Shown piece by piece: positions 25,801 through 35,517 of a DNA stretch of 35,517 bases. The notes under the pieces were generated by a model. That model did no database searches, was not told the DNA's origin, and saw only the letters and a program-made list of their open reading frames with translations. The DNA lies in assembly GCA_013115125.1 (NCBI GenBank), contig JABANN010000361.1:1-35517 (forward strand). The letters run 5' to 3'. Made by a program: the position numbers and the translations under genes. How positions within the stretch are numbered: the stretch's first letter is position 1; every line of letters begins with the position of its first letter. The DNA is from Perkinsus olseni (taxonomy: Eukaryota).

Positions 25801-26441
25801 CAACCCATCAGCGGATGAGGCACGATCCAACTCTTCTAGCATCAGCGGTACGACTCGCCTAAGACAGGCTCGGTGAGCTCCGTCGCGCGCCATGAAACTC
25901 ACCCAAGGAAGTCCGATATCCTCTCCTCTGGGGGGCAGACGGCTCCCTGGGGTAGCAGGTCAACTTCGGAAACTTGCGCCTGATAAGATGGAGGAGCTTA
26001 TTTTCTGCGATTCCAGGGAAAAACAGCGGGGAAGAGAGGAATAATAGAGTTGTCCATCATTCAATACTGTCCACTCAGACCAGATCCACGGCCTGCAGAG
26101 GGAGGCCCTCGCTATGAGGGTCTTACCGAAAAGTGAGAAGTATTACGGACTTGTACTCGAACGTTCCGCACCTGAAAGAAGACCAGAAAGCCTCTGCCAG
26201 AATTTTGATGGGCTCCAACACCCGCCGATAGATTATTCTATCCGGACGACCACGCTTTAACTATCAGTGCAAGCGTGAAGAAGGGAGGGTCGCGCCTACC
26301 GTCCTCGACAGAGGTGCAGAGCCCCATCCTCCGTACATTGTAAGGAGTGCTTTGTATCCGAACATTGCGGGTCTGAACTTGGCTACCCTTCGACGGGAGG
26401 ATACTGATGGTGGGGAGGCTGTGTGACGACAACGACCGCAT
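22804..26441 (-). CDS. WD40 dynein-2 intermediate chain, WDR34 (DYNC2I2)-like
   Basis: Contains ISDFLG|RVVPLMLEELDR, VCWSGNGLILAGGIGQPNQHGW|C, SVAFHPHRPSVVAAGTNYGQIYVWDL, LCASSTDGKCLLW and VTALSWSCSRPAVL. The last exon is LSDRLTGEESVLKRLLE...*. The start codon is uncertain. Confidence 0.72.
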
Positions 26442-26744
26442 CTGGTCCAAGGAACTGCTCCTTCGAAGGTGATGAGTTCTCTTCATCCGACGGCCGCATG
26501 CGCGATCAGTCAGGAACCTCGCGACTATCGAGAACAGCACCATCACTGCGACTCAATTACATGCGCATCTGACTTCCCAAGGGAAAAGGTCGATTGCTTC
26601 CTTCCTCTTGCCGTCTCCCCATCGGTCGTTACTCCAACACAAAGCTAGCTGGTAAATAGCCGTTGAAGTAGTATACCGTATATTAGTATAACACCTCAAA
26701 GAAACGATGACGTAGTGGTAGGGTGATGGAAGAAGAAAAGGTCT

Positions 26745-29471
26745 TCAAAGCTGTTGATCGAACATCTCCAGTAGGCCTACACAAGGCAGTATCTTCTGCT
26801 GGGTGAGGATCTCGGCCGCAATACTAGCGTTGAGATGATTCAGGGCCTTCACCAGCTTATCACTGGGACTAGCGAACACCTAAGGACGGAGGCAATTGTC
26901 CAAAACGCGGTCATGCACTTTCTAGTTAGGGAATCCAGCTGCTCGGAAGGAAAGTTTCAGAACTGTCGTGTTCTTTGGGGAAGGCTTGTAGGGGCAGTGA
27001 GTTGCGACGGTCGAACGATCCACGCACACTCTTCTTCCCTGAGGCCTTCAGTGAACGTCCCCATTGCATCCACTACAGCCGCTACTGCGGTACTATTTTT
27101 CACGCTAAACACAACCCAAGCCCTGCAAAGTTGGGATCAATTCTCTTCACGCCCCATAAGGGAGATACTGAGAGCCCATCCTGCCTACTAGTACTACTTT
27201 CTGGTTGGTAGCCGTGAGTGCCTCCAGTACACTAGCTACCAAAGATACCAATCGGGGGCCATCCCAACTGCCCATCAGCTTCGCAAGGTAATCCACTATT
27301 TTAGAGCACTCCTCGTCCGTACGATTACCTTGAAAAGAGTCGTTGTACAGACTAGGAATCGAACCAGGGACCTATCGATTACGTGTGGCACCCGTCAATG
27401 CTCCTCGTTGCCTCAGCTCATCAAGGACCGAGGCTCCTATGATCTTCGGGGTAGTGCTCTCTACTACAGCATCCAGGAGCTTAGGATACCTGTGCACAGC
27501 AATACGACACGTCATGCATATTAGACTATTAAAATAATCTGGCTGTAAGGGAGTGGTCATGAATACCTCAGCCTTAGGACGACACAAACTATCACAGCAA
27601 CCTGCCCTCATACTCCTCGCCCACCAACTAGGAAGTGGATCCCAGGGCTCGAAGACATTCGCCAACGACCACGAGTTCCCCCGTCCGACCGCTCCTCATT
27701 ATTACTCGAATCTCCTCAATAAGACCTCCAAGTGAGAGTGCCTCACTTTAGCTGTTTGCGTGAAATACTGTACACCACCGGATGGGGAGACTCCCACTGA
27801 CCCTACTGCCCGCATGGGTCGTAGAAGGCTTGAACCTGAGAAGATGGACAGCACATAAGCTACGAAAGTATACACTGAGGTATGTCTCAGTGAATGCACG
27901 ACATCCCTGCAGCCCGTGGCCGTTTCCGAGCGCCCAAGCACGCTCCATGCCTACTACCCTCTGCGTCATCCACTTCACCATCCCGAGGCCGTCTTCGGCG
28001 CGAGATCAGGGATCCATCGTCAAGACAGACAACCATGGACAAACCCTGGCCACCCGACCACGCAACATCTGTAACGCCGTGACCTTGATATTTGTACCTA
28101 TGTGAGCGACACATACCACTTTCTCGCCACCTCACGCTCCCATAAGGCACCATGCGGACCATGCACATGCACGCACGTTCCGTGTTCCTCCTTACGTGTA
28201 GAGAAGCTTCCAGCCCTTGCTCTCAGAGGCCTCCTCTTCATCAGCCATCCCCGCTGTGTCCCACACCTTAACAGTACCGTCCAAGCTACCGGTGACTACA
28301 TCTCCCTTAGCGTTCACGCACATACCCGTCACCGCCTTGCTGTGCCGCAGGGGGCTCTGCAACACACAAGTACGTCATGCGCCACGGGCCACCTCCTTCC
28401 ACTACCTTCTGCACGATTTTGCCAGCGATGAGATCGACGGTGGAGACGAAGCCTCCCCCGGCGACATACAGCAGCGTCTGGTTACGAGACAGGCAGGCTG
28501 CATCAATGGGGCTCCCGTGGGAGTAGCTGCTGACCTACAAGATGGGGTGCTTGCAAAACCAGGGGAACTCGAAGGCCCTACTGGCTCGGGGTTCTCCTCT
28601 TCGTCCGCTCCCATATCCACGTCCGGCTCCTCCTCAGGGTCGAGGGGCTTCCACACATGGACGAAACCGTCATAACCTAATACGGTTGTGATGGGTGGCT
28701 GTGAGGGGACGTTCGTTTACCTGCTGTTATAATTGAGTCAGCAGTGGTGGCGGAGACGACTTGGACGGAATCGTTGTGCTTTCCGACAACGGTCCCCCCT
28801 TCAGAAGCTGTTCTCGTGTCCGATGACAACGACCATTGAATGACTGTCACGGCCATGATTTGGGAGAAAGTTGGTATAGCCATTCACACTACCTTTGCCG
28901 TCCTTTCCTGCGCTATAGACAAGTGTGCGATCATGAGAGGCAAAACACACAGAGTTGACAGCCCCTTCATGACCCCCTCTGAACCGCCGAAGAATATTCC
29001 TCGTCGCTGTGAGGTCGTATACGTTTATCTAACCACGAGGTTGAAAGATACCCAAAGATACTTCCGCCATTCTCCCGCCTATTACCCTGCCCGATCCATC
29101 ACCAGCCGCTATGAGCTTGCCGTCATCTCGAAAAGCGACGCACGTCGTGAAGTCCTTGTGCTTCGACCACAGCATATCCGCAGTGTAACTCTTCGCCGCC
29201 GGCTTATGGGCGATCGGCAAGGTGAGGAGCTCCACCCGCGTGCCGTGGGTAACCACCACCTGTCGCTTGTTAACAGGGTTATAAGCAACACTGGTGACAC
29301 TAGAGCCGCTGGTGCCTGTATCAGCAGAATCAAGAAAATCTCCACCCGCTGTTGTGTCGTACTCTTGGCCTTGAGAGCGTGCTTGTACTTCTTGTAGAAG
29401 GCTTCATCCTCGGTCTTGGCAGCCTTCGCTGCAACTGGGCGAGGAATGGGGTCAAGCTTGGTAAATTCCAT
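26745..29471 (-). CDS. UTP15: U3 snoRNA-associated protein 15 (WD40 plus UTP15 C-terminal domain)
   Basis: Contains EDEAFYKKYK, CVAFRDDGKLIAAGDGSG, YSHGSPID, VVTGSLDGTVKVWD, YPKLLDAVV...SVLDELRQRGAL...RTDEE and EILTQQKILPCVGLLEMF. Confidence 0.88.
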
Positions 29472-30030
29472 CACCCTGATTCAACGCACTAACCCGATGA
29501 TTCTCTGATTCACTACCCGCTGGCTTTTAGGGTTCTGAGCAAAATTGGAGAAGTTCAAGATGTAGTAAGATTGCAAGATGAAAACCGCGCAACACCAATC
29601 GACCGAAGTCTCATCTTTCTCAGGATTCGACTTCTCGAATAGCATCATCTTTGTGACCTTGGGTGACCTGCGCTGTGTTCTCAGAAGACGAATGCACGCT
29701 GGAGCGGCATCCGTGTCCGATGCTGTTCCGATGAGGGCGTACTGCGTACTGCGTTTCGAAGTTCGCCCGAAGAACGACAAGCGTGAAGCTGAACACCAAT
29801 TGCGATGCAGGGGTAGACCTCCTGTCGAGCTATGATGAACCGGGGAGTGCCCGACAGTATTAACAAAACCCTCAGCAAGGAGGTAGAAAATTTACAATCA
29901 CGGTTCATGATCATTAAGAGGTCACACTATGTCTCCGCATACTCCTCGCAAGACATCAGAATATTCTCGGGACCCTCTCCCTATAAAGTACGACGAAGTC
30001 AGCTTCGGATGGTGTAACACATGCCGGCAC

Positions 30031-31262
30031 CTATCGAGACTCTATGGCGTGTTCTTGCACGGCCTTCCCTTCATCTGTTTTCATCACATCAGTTGGGACC
30101 TGCTATGAATATCGGCTCAGGCGAGCTGCTCACGTGTACTCATCCTACATCGAGTTACGCCTACCTCTGCGCCAGCAGCCTTCTGCTTCGCCTCCATCTC
30201 TTTGAGCTCCCTATACCTGTCTTCTTCATCGTCCTGTTCAACCTGGGGGACGTCCAAATGCACCACCCGCGGATCAACGGTCTCCCCGTGTGCTGATGTG
30301 CCTAAGGCACAACTGGGCCGCTAGAAATCAGGAATCCCACACTCACCATCACTCGCGCCATCTGCCAGCTTGGACCTAAGATTATCCGTTATGAACAAAC
30401 GCAATCGGCAAATGCATCATCACTTGACAAGCAGCTGCTTTCCAGCTCCAATTTTTTGATCAGCTACAGCATTGGCGGAGGACACAGCACCTTCTAGAGT
30501 CTCAACCATCCGCACGGGAATCGCAAACTTAGCCCAGCTGTCTATGGGAGGCGGCGTGGCCATGCAGTTCCAAACATCGTCATCCAGTGGGAAATCGCCT
30601 GACGCAGGACTATCACGGGAGCCCAATGTTTACATCGCTGATCGTGTTGCGCCCATAAAAAGCCAGGCTGAAAGCTGAATCGTTGCTGGTGCGAAGACAA
30701 TAGATCAAACACAGGATCCAAGACGGCAAAAGTGGGTGCCATGTTCTCAATCGGCCAATCTCTTAACAGGAGCGCAGGAAGGCTTCTCACCTCCGATCTT
30801 CCCGAGTTCCTCCCTTATCAGCTCATCGCCCGGGTCAACAGGCATGAAACACAGATCCACGTCAGCCAAGAGAGCCTGAGGGACGATGCATGACCACAAA
30901 ACTCCTGACTCTTCGTGGACACCCTACTGCCGCCGCCCTCTCAGCGGCGTACTTGATAGAGAGGCGATCGAGATGATGCTTGTAGAGGATTTGCCCGCCA
31001 CCATCGATGATAAGCTCGACTATCTACAAGCGAGAGATCCATTTCAGAAGAGATGGCTCCATGAGAGTCGAAGCTGGCAGACAGGGAAGACCGCAAAATC
31101 ATGAAGGATCGTGCGTTACGCATCTTGCCGCGACACGGCCGTAAGGAGGACAGCGATTGATGGCCTGCCCACATGCGATGCGACTTCTTCGGCCTGTTGT
31201 GCTTTCAAGTCTTCAACTTCTTCTTGCGTTAGTTCAGCTTCTGCTGCTACGTCGGTAGTCAT
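30031..31262 (-). CDS. Hypothetical protein, DUF4639/C2orf81-like
   Basis: Spliced segments IVELIIDGGGQILYKHHL...YAAERAAA|ALLADVDLCFMPVDPGDE and VWNCMATPPPIDSWAKFAIPVR resemble the F...D.GE...W....P...DSWA...VPV pattern I recall for this family. The tail is acidic. Confidence 0.55.
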
Positions 31263-31476
31263 GGAAACACGGTCCCCTTATCGAGCTCACCAATGGCTAC
31301 CCGTCGGGTTAGGTCATAATACAACACGTGAGGTCGATTTGATATAATCGAACGACAGCAAAGGCTTTGCACGAGCAATCTCACGGGCACTACGCATGGG
31401 CTTGACGGGGAGGGTATTTATATAGTAGAATCTTGTCACCCTGACTACCTGAGAGCGATTCGAAAATAGAACGCCA

Positions 31477-31910
31477 TCACACAAAATTGCCAGTTGGGAG
31501 AAGCAGTACTATTCCGGAAAAAGAGGTCGAATCAGAAATCGACAAGCGACCAGCAACTTACGCGGTACGAGTGTGAAGCCCGCTTTGGTGTAGAGCTTCA
31601 TAGCTGCTTGGTTCGTGGCTTCGACTTCCAAGTAAGCCGCGACGACATTCGGCCAAGCCTGACGTATCTGCACCGGAACAATTTGTGTCTCTGAGCCGTA
31701 CTGGTTATTTACATCCTCAAGGGCTTTTGGGACCATTGCCGAGGCTATACCATTATTCTGGAATCTCGAGTGCACCCTTACGAACGGTATGAGAGAACCA
31801 GCTTCTAGCAAGCTGGGCCTTGATCCGAAGCGAGGGAAAACAGGAGGGATCATCCGGGTTTGATTGCCAGAGCTGAACTCACAGAAGGATCCCCTTTCCT
31901 AGAATACGAG
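31477..31910 (-). pseudogene. GNAT N-acetyltransferase, C-terminal half only (truncated or divergent)
   Basis: Reads VRVHSRFQNNGIASAMVPKALED|IRQAWPNVVAAYLEVEATNQAAMKLYTKAGF. I could not find 5' exons homologous to the paralog at 34536-35430, so both ends are approximate. Confidence 0.55.
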
Positions 31911-32705
31911 CCCTTTAGAGCGGTTCGACACGCCGCGGTATCAACGCCATGCCTGTGCTGGCCCTGTGGACAACACGGACACACTGGAGTTCGTGATCGC
32001 GCTGTCGGTAGATACCATTGATGGTCGATTAAGACCGAGACAATCTCAGAGTCAGCTCCAGACTTAAGACATTACTTGAGCTCCGGCCGGCATCGACTTC
32101 GAAAGACTCTACTATGTCAACTTCGCGCGGGCACGGCGGTAGAACAATCAGCGCGAAGTAGCTAATAACAATGATGACCCTACGGAGTTGATAAACCGAA
32201 GTATATAGTGAGCTACAGTTGCAGAGGAAAACTAACAAAGGCAGGCGGTCCGCCAATGGCAGATCCTCCCACCATCACGTCGCATACTCGTTGCGTGCCT
32301 GTATTGACTCCCAACCAGAGGCTTGCTTGAAGCGCAGAAAAGCCCTTACCGTATGCGTGCAACTGTGTAGAGAGCATAGCTAATGGCGAGACAGCGCAAC
32401 TACAAATAATGTTGTAAGGATAGTCATTCTCTCCTCCGGCACCGATTAGCAAGTAAGGAAGCTAGGCTCATACTGGTGCACTCAGAGTGACTAAGCCGAT
32501 AGAGGCATGAAGCCTAACGACAGCCTATAACATACTTGCATTCACGTGCATGAGCGCTTTATTACGCTATAGACCACACAGCGCAAATTCCTCAGGCACG
32601 CTGTATTGCACCAATGCTCCCCACTGAGTTCGATCGTTGTTGTGCCCTGTGTCATGCTACGGGCGAGCTCCTCATTGTGGTTCATTGCAGTTGAATTTCT
32701 TTGTC

Positions 32706-33806
32706 ATGCGCGAAATCTTCTCACTCGTCCTCCAGGTGGGAATTTGGGTATTCTCAGGCGCGTATGGCCAAGTACTCAGGATGGATACTGCCTATAGCTT
32801 CATACCCAGATACGGTTATGCTCTAACCGGTGGCCTATCGGTGGATAATCAGCCGATCTGGGCCCAGATCGACACTGGAGCGTCTGCTCTATTCTTCACT
32901 TGGAGAGAATGGTACGACGCTGTCACCCACCCGGGTGCTAGCTGCCAGCTTCCAAACGGCGCTTACGAATGCCCGCACTGTCCGGTTGGCCCTATCACGC
33001 CGGTTATCTTCTCGGACGGAACGACGGTCCATATATTTCCGCACAGTGGGACTTTTCGAATCGGTGGGAAGAACGTTGACGGTATCACATTTGGGCTTGT
33101 TAGTTTTCAAGATCCTCCCCCTGATGTGGCGACACCAGTGCACAGTATTGGTCTCGGTAGGGTCGTTACACCGGGTTACCGCTCGCTCATGGGCCAGCTG
33201 CAAGGAAAGGTAGCAAGTACAACCTTTGCTCTCTACCTGAAGAGCGTACCAAACGCGGTTCGAACTCAAGGAGAGCTTCTACTCGGTGGCGGTGATCCCA
33301 CGCTATACAAGGCACCCCTTACCTATATCCGGCTCAGGAGTCAGCAGGAGTACTTAGTCACGCTGGGTACTCTACAAGTTGGTACTGGCCACAAGTCCAT
33401 CGGTATCAATCAACTTGCCCATATAGATACCGGGACACTAGGTTTGGTCATCCCACGTGACCATTATGATGCCACCTTGAATGCGATCACCGACCAAGCA
33501 TCAGCTGCTGCTGGATTCAGAGTCAACTGTAACTTCAACCCTGCCCTCGGGGCATGCGTAATCGATTGCCACCACATCGTGTACCTGCCGCCCATAGAGC
33601 TCGGCTTGGGCCCCTCAGGCAACGCCCCTGTACTTATAAATGGTCTGTATTACTCTCGCCATAGAGACGATGGCACCTGCATACTGGCCATTAAAAAAGA
33701 CTCGGGGAGCATTTGGACCTTACCGCCTGCTATCTTGGTCGGCAAGTACTTCGAGTTCCAGCCAAGTCAACAGCGAGTTGGGATTGCTGACCTTCGCTCA
33801 CGGTAA
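32706..33806 (+). CDS. Secreted pepsin-like (A1) aspartic protease, intronless
   Basis: Signal peptide MREIFSLVLQVGIWVFSGAYG and two catalytic motifs, QIDTGAS and HIDTGTL. Also FGLVS, SIGLG, GELLLGGGDP and the terminal YFEF...RVGIA. Confidence 0.92.
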   Translation: MREIFSLVLQVGIWVFSGAYGQVLRMDTAYSFIPRYGYALTGGLSVDNQPIWAQIDTGASALFFTWREWYDAVTHPGASCQLPNGAYECPHCPVGPITPVIFSDGTTVHIFPHSGTFRIGGKNVDGITFGLVSFQDPPPDVATPVHSIGLGRVVTPGYRSLMGQLQGKVASTTFALYLKSVPNAVRTQGELLLGGGDPTLYKAPLTYIRLRSQQEYLVTLGTLQVGTGHKSIGINQLAHIDTGTLGLVIPRDHYDATLNAITDQASAAAGFRVNCNFNPALGACVIDCHHIVYLPPIELGLGPSGNAPVLINGLYYSRHRDDGTCILAIKKDSGSIWTLPPAILVGKYFEFQPSQQRVGIADLRSR

Positions 33807-34535
33807 GGCCACGGAAGATCGCTTCACAGGATCGCCACTCAGAATATGGTCGGTAATTTATGTCTCGAATGATTACTCTTTGCTATTGAAGCGACGACCC
33901 GTTGGCATGGGAAGGAGGGCTAACGCGTGTCACGCGTTCACCGTGCGTCACATGAGTGAGTTTAGTTGTAACATTTTTTTATAAAACTTCTCAAAAAAGT
34001 CATTTCTCGGACGGATTTTTCACCGCGGAACTCGTTTTCTCACATGCTCCTTGTCCATACATGTGCATTGTGCTCGGGCCGAGCCATGGCCAGTTCTGTC
34101 CGTCAACCCAGCGGATGTGGGAACCATGATCCATTAGCGATCCTTACTAGCTCCACCAACAGCTCAGCACTCATCGTTTTTCTTCTCCCAACCAAGTCTG
34201 GACCTTGAGTTCTATCACGATGGCCTAACATTTGACTTATCAGTAGCCAGAGTCCTGGCAAGGAGCTTCGCTCTTCACCTAGTAACGTACAAACTAGACA
34301 CCGCCCGGCAGACACGAGAGGTTTCCAAGTCACATGCGAACAACATGGGGTAAGAACCTCACGGTGATGCATCTTCGTGAACAGCCAGTATGACTCGAAT
34401 GCCGCCGGCGCTAGGAATGGAATCATAACATGAAGAAATAGGTGGGAGCGCACGCTCTGCAGCCGCTTGAGGACGCCAACGGTAGTCAAGTTGTAGTCAG
34501 GGAGAACAGCCGGATGCTTCTCCGCGAATCGTTAC

Positions 34536-35430
34536 TCATGTGAGGGGGAACTGGTAGATTAGCGTTTCGAGGTCAATAGTAGTACCTGGTAGGCAGACGG
34601 ACGAATGAATGCTGGAAGGTCGGACGGAAGTGGGGGAACAATCCACGGAGAAAACCGTCGTTAATGGCAGAGTGCTGAACATACCGCGAGGAAATGAAGT
34701 GAAGTTGCAGCTTTTGTAGAGTTGCACAGCAGCTGGGTTAGAACTGTCCACTTCTGCGTACGCCAAAACCACATCCGGCCAAGCCCTGCGTATCTGAAAA
34801 AAGGAATAACATAACTCCCATGCATGGGCACGGCGTCAGACAGTAGTTGTTTTTTGCCGTGCTCAATCTACCGCAACCCGATACCGACATCCTCGAGAGC
34901 CCGCGGTAACATAGTTGAAGCCACCCTCCTGTTTCGCCACTCTACGTCCACCCAGACGGAGAAGATTTCGGCGAACGTTGCTTCGGGTGATGCGCCTGCG
35001 GAATAGAATCTGATCGGGAGACACGAGGAACACAGCGGCTCCGGGCCCCAAGGATCGCGAACATGGTTATACGCGGCGGCCGTACTCGGTCTCGTCTGCC
35101 GATCTCTTCACTGACACTACGCGTCCGACAACGTTCTGAAGACAGCACACCGATCACTCGCGTGCGGTCCAGCAATGATGCCTCTCTGATCTCTCTTACA
35201 CTCTTCGACTCCACCGCAACAAATAGTCGATCAGAATCAGAGGCCCCGTAGGGTACAAGTTTGCGTACCACATCACCGGCCTGCCAAGGCCTATAGTCGA
35301 GGTCGGCTGCTCTTAGACCCTCATCCGCTTTGTTAGCCCTCAGCCCCGAGTACTGTTTCATAGCAGCTCCGCGACCAGCCGTTCGACTGAGAGCGGCGTG
35401 AGCCAGATGACCAAGGGTGAAGAATTTCAT
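34536..35430 (-). CDS. GNAT-family N-acetyltransferase (5 exons)
   Basis: Spliced translation: RLFVAVESKS|NVVGRVVSV...|AEIFSVWVDVEWRNRRVASTMLPRALED|IRRAWPDVVLAYAEVDSSNPAAVQLYKSCNF...|TTIDLETLIYQFPLT*. GNAT motifs A and B are recognisable. Confidence 0.8.
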
Positions 35431-35517
35431 CTGGTGGCAAGATCAACTACAGGGTGTTCCAATTCGATATGCAAATCACAAAAATCAGTCTAATTCAGCA
35501 CATACTACGTGTTTGAG

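Noticed and set aside
27340..27420. Intact tRNA gene
   Set aside because: Only a 3'-half-like segment is present. The upstream sequence is a UTP15 exon with no D-arm/A-box, and the T-stem is mispaired.
20108..29471. Three adjacent WD40 genes as a tandem array or functional cluster
   Set aside because: DPH7, WDR34-like and UTP15 are ancient, functionally unrelated families with no visible nucleotide similarity.
29490..29540. C/D-box-like ATGATT...CTGA...CTGA on the + strand
   Set aside because: Antisense to the local genes and better explained as the UTP15 5'UTR exon/intron. No rRNA-antisense guide was identified.

Overview
Gene-dense, intron-rich eukaryotic DNA with mostly 40-60 nt introns. 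Gene content and style suggest a perkinsid alveolate such as Perkinsus; this is an inference. Six + strand genes come first: a RING-H2/EF-hand protein, RNA polymerase I/III subunit RPAC1, two small hypotheticals, an ankyrin protein and another hypothetical. Ten consecutive - strand genes follow: a secreted Cys-rich protein, formate-tetrahydrofolate ligase, a coiled-coil protein, a long intronless low-complexity protein, an FBXO9-like F-box protein, DPH7, a WDR34-like protein, UTP15, a DUF4639-like protein and a partial GNAT. The window ends with an intronless secreted aspartic protease (+) and a second GNAT (-). I found no CRISPR array, rRNA, intact tRNA or autonomous mobile element, and no clearly new multi-gene system. 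The best leads are a 54-nt UTP15 intron resembling a tRNA 3' half with a 7-bp boundary direct repeat, hairpin-rich long introns (one with an H/ACA-like layout), a candidate Ca2+-sensing RING ligase, GC-AG introns and a GNAT-protease-GNAT block. All gene models were spliced by eye.
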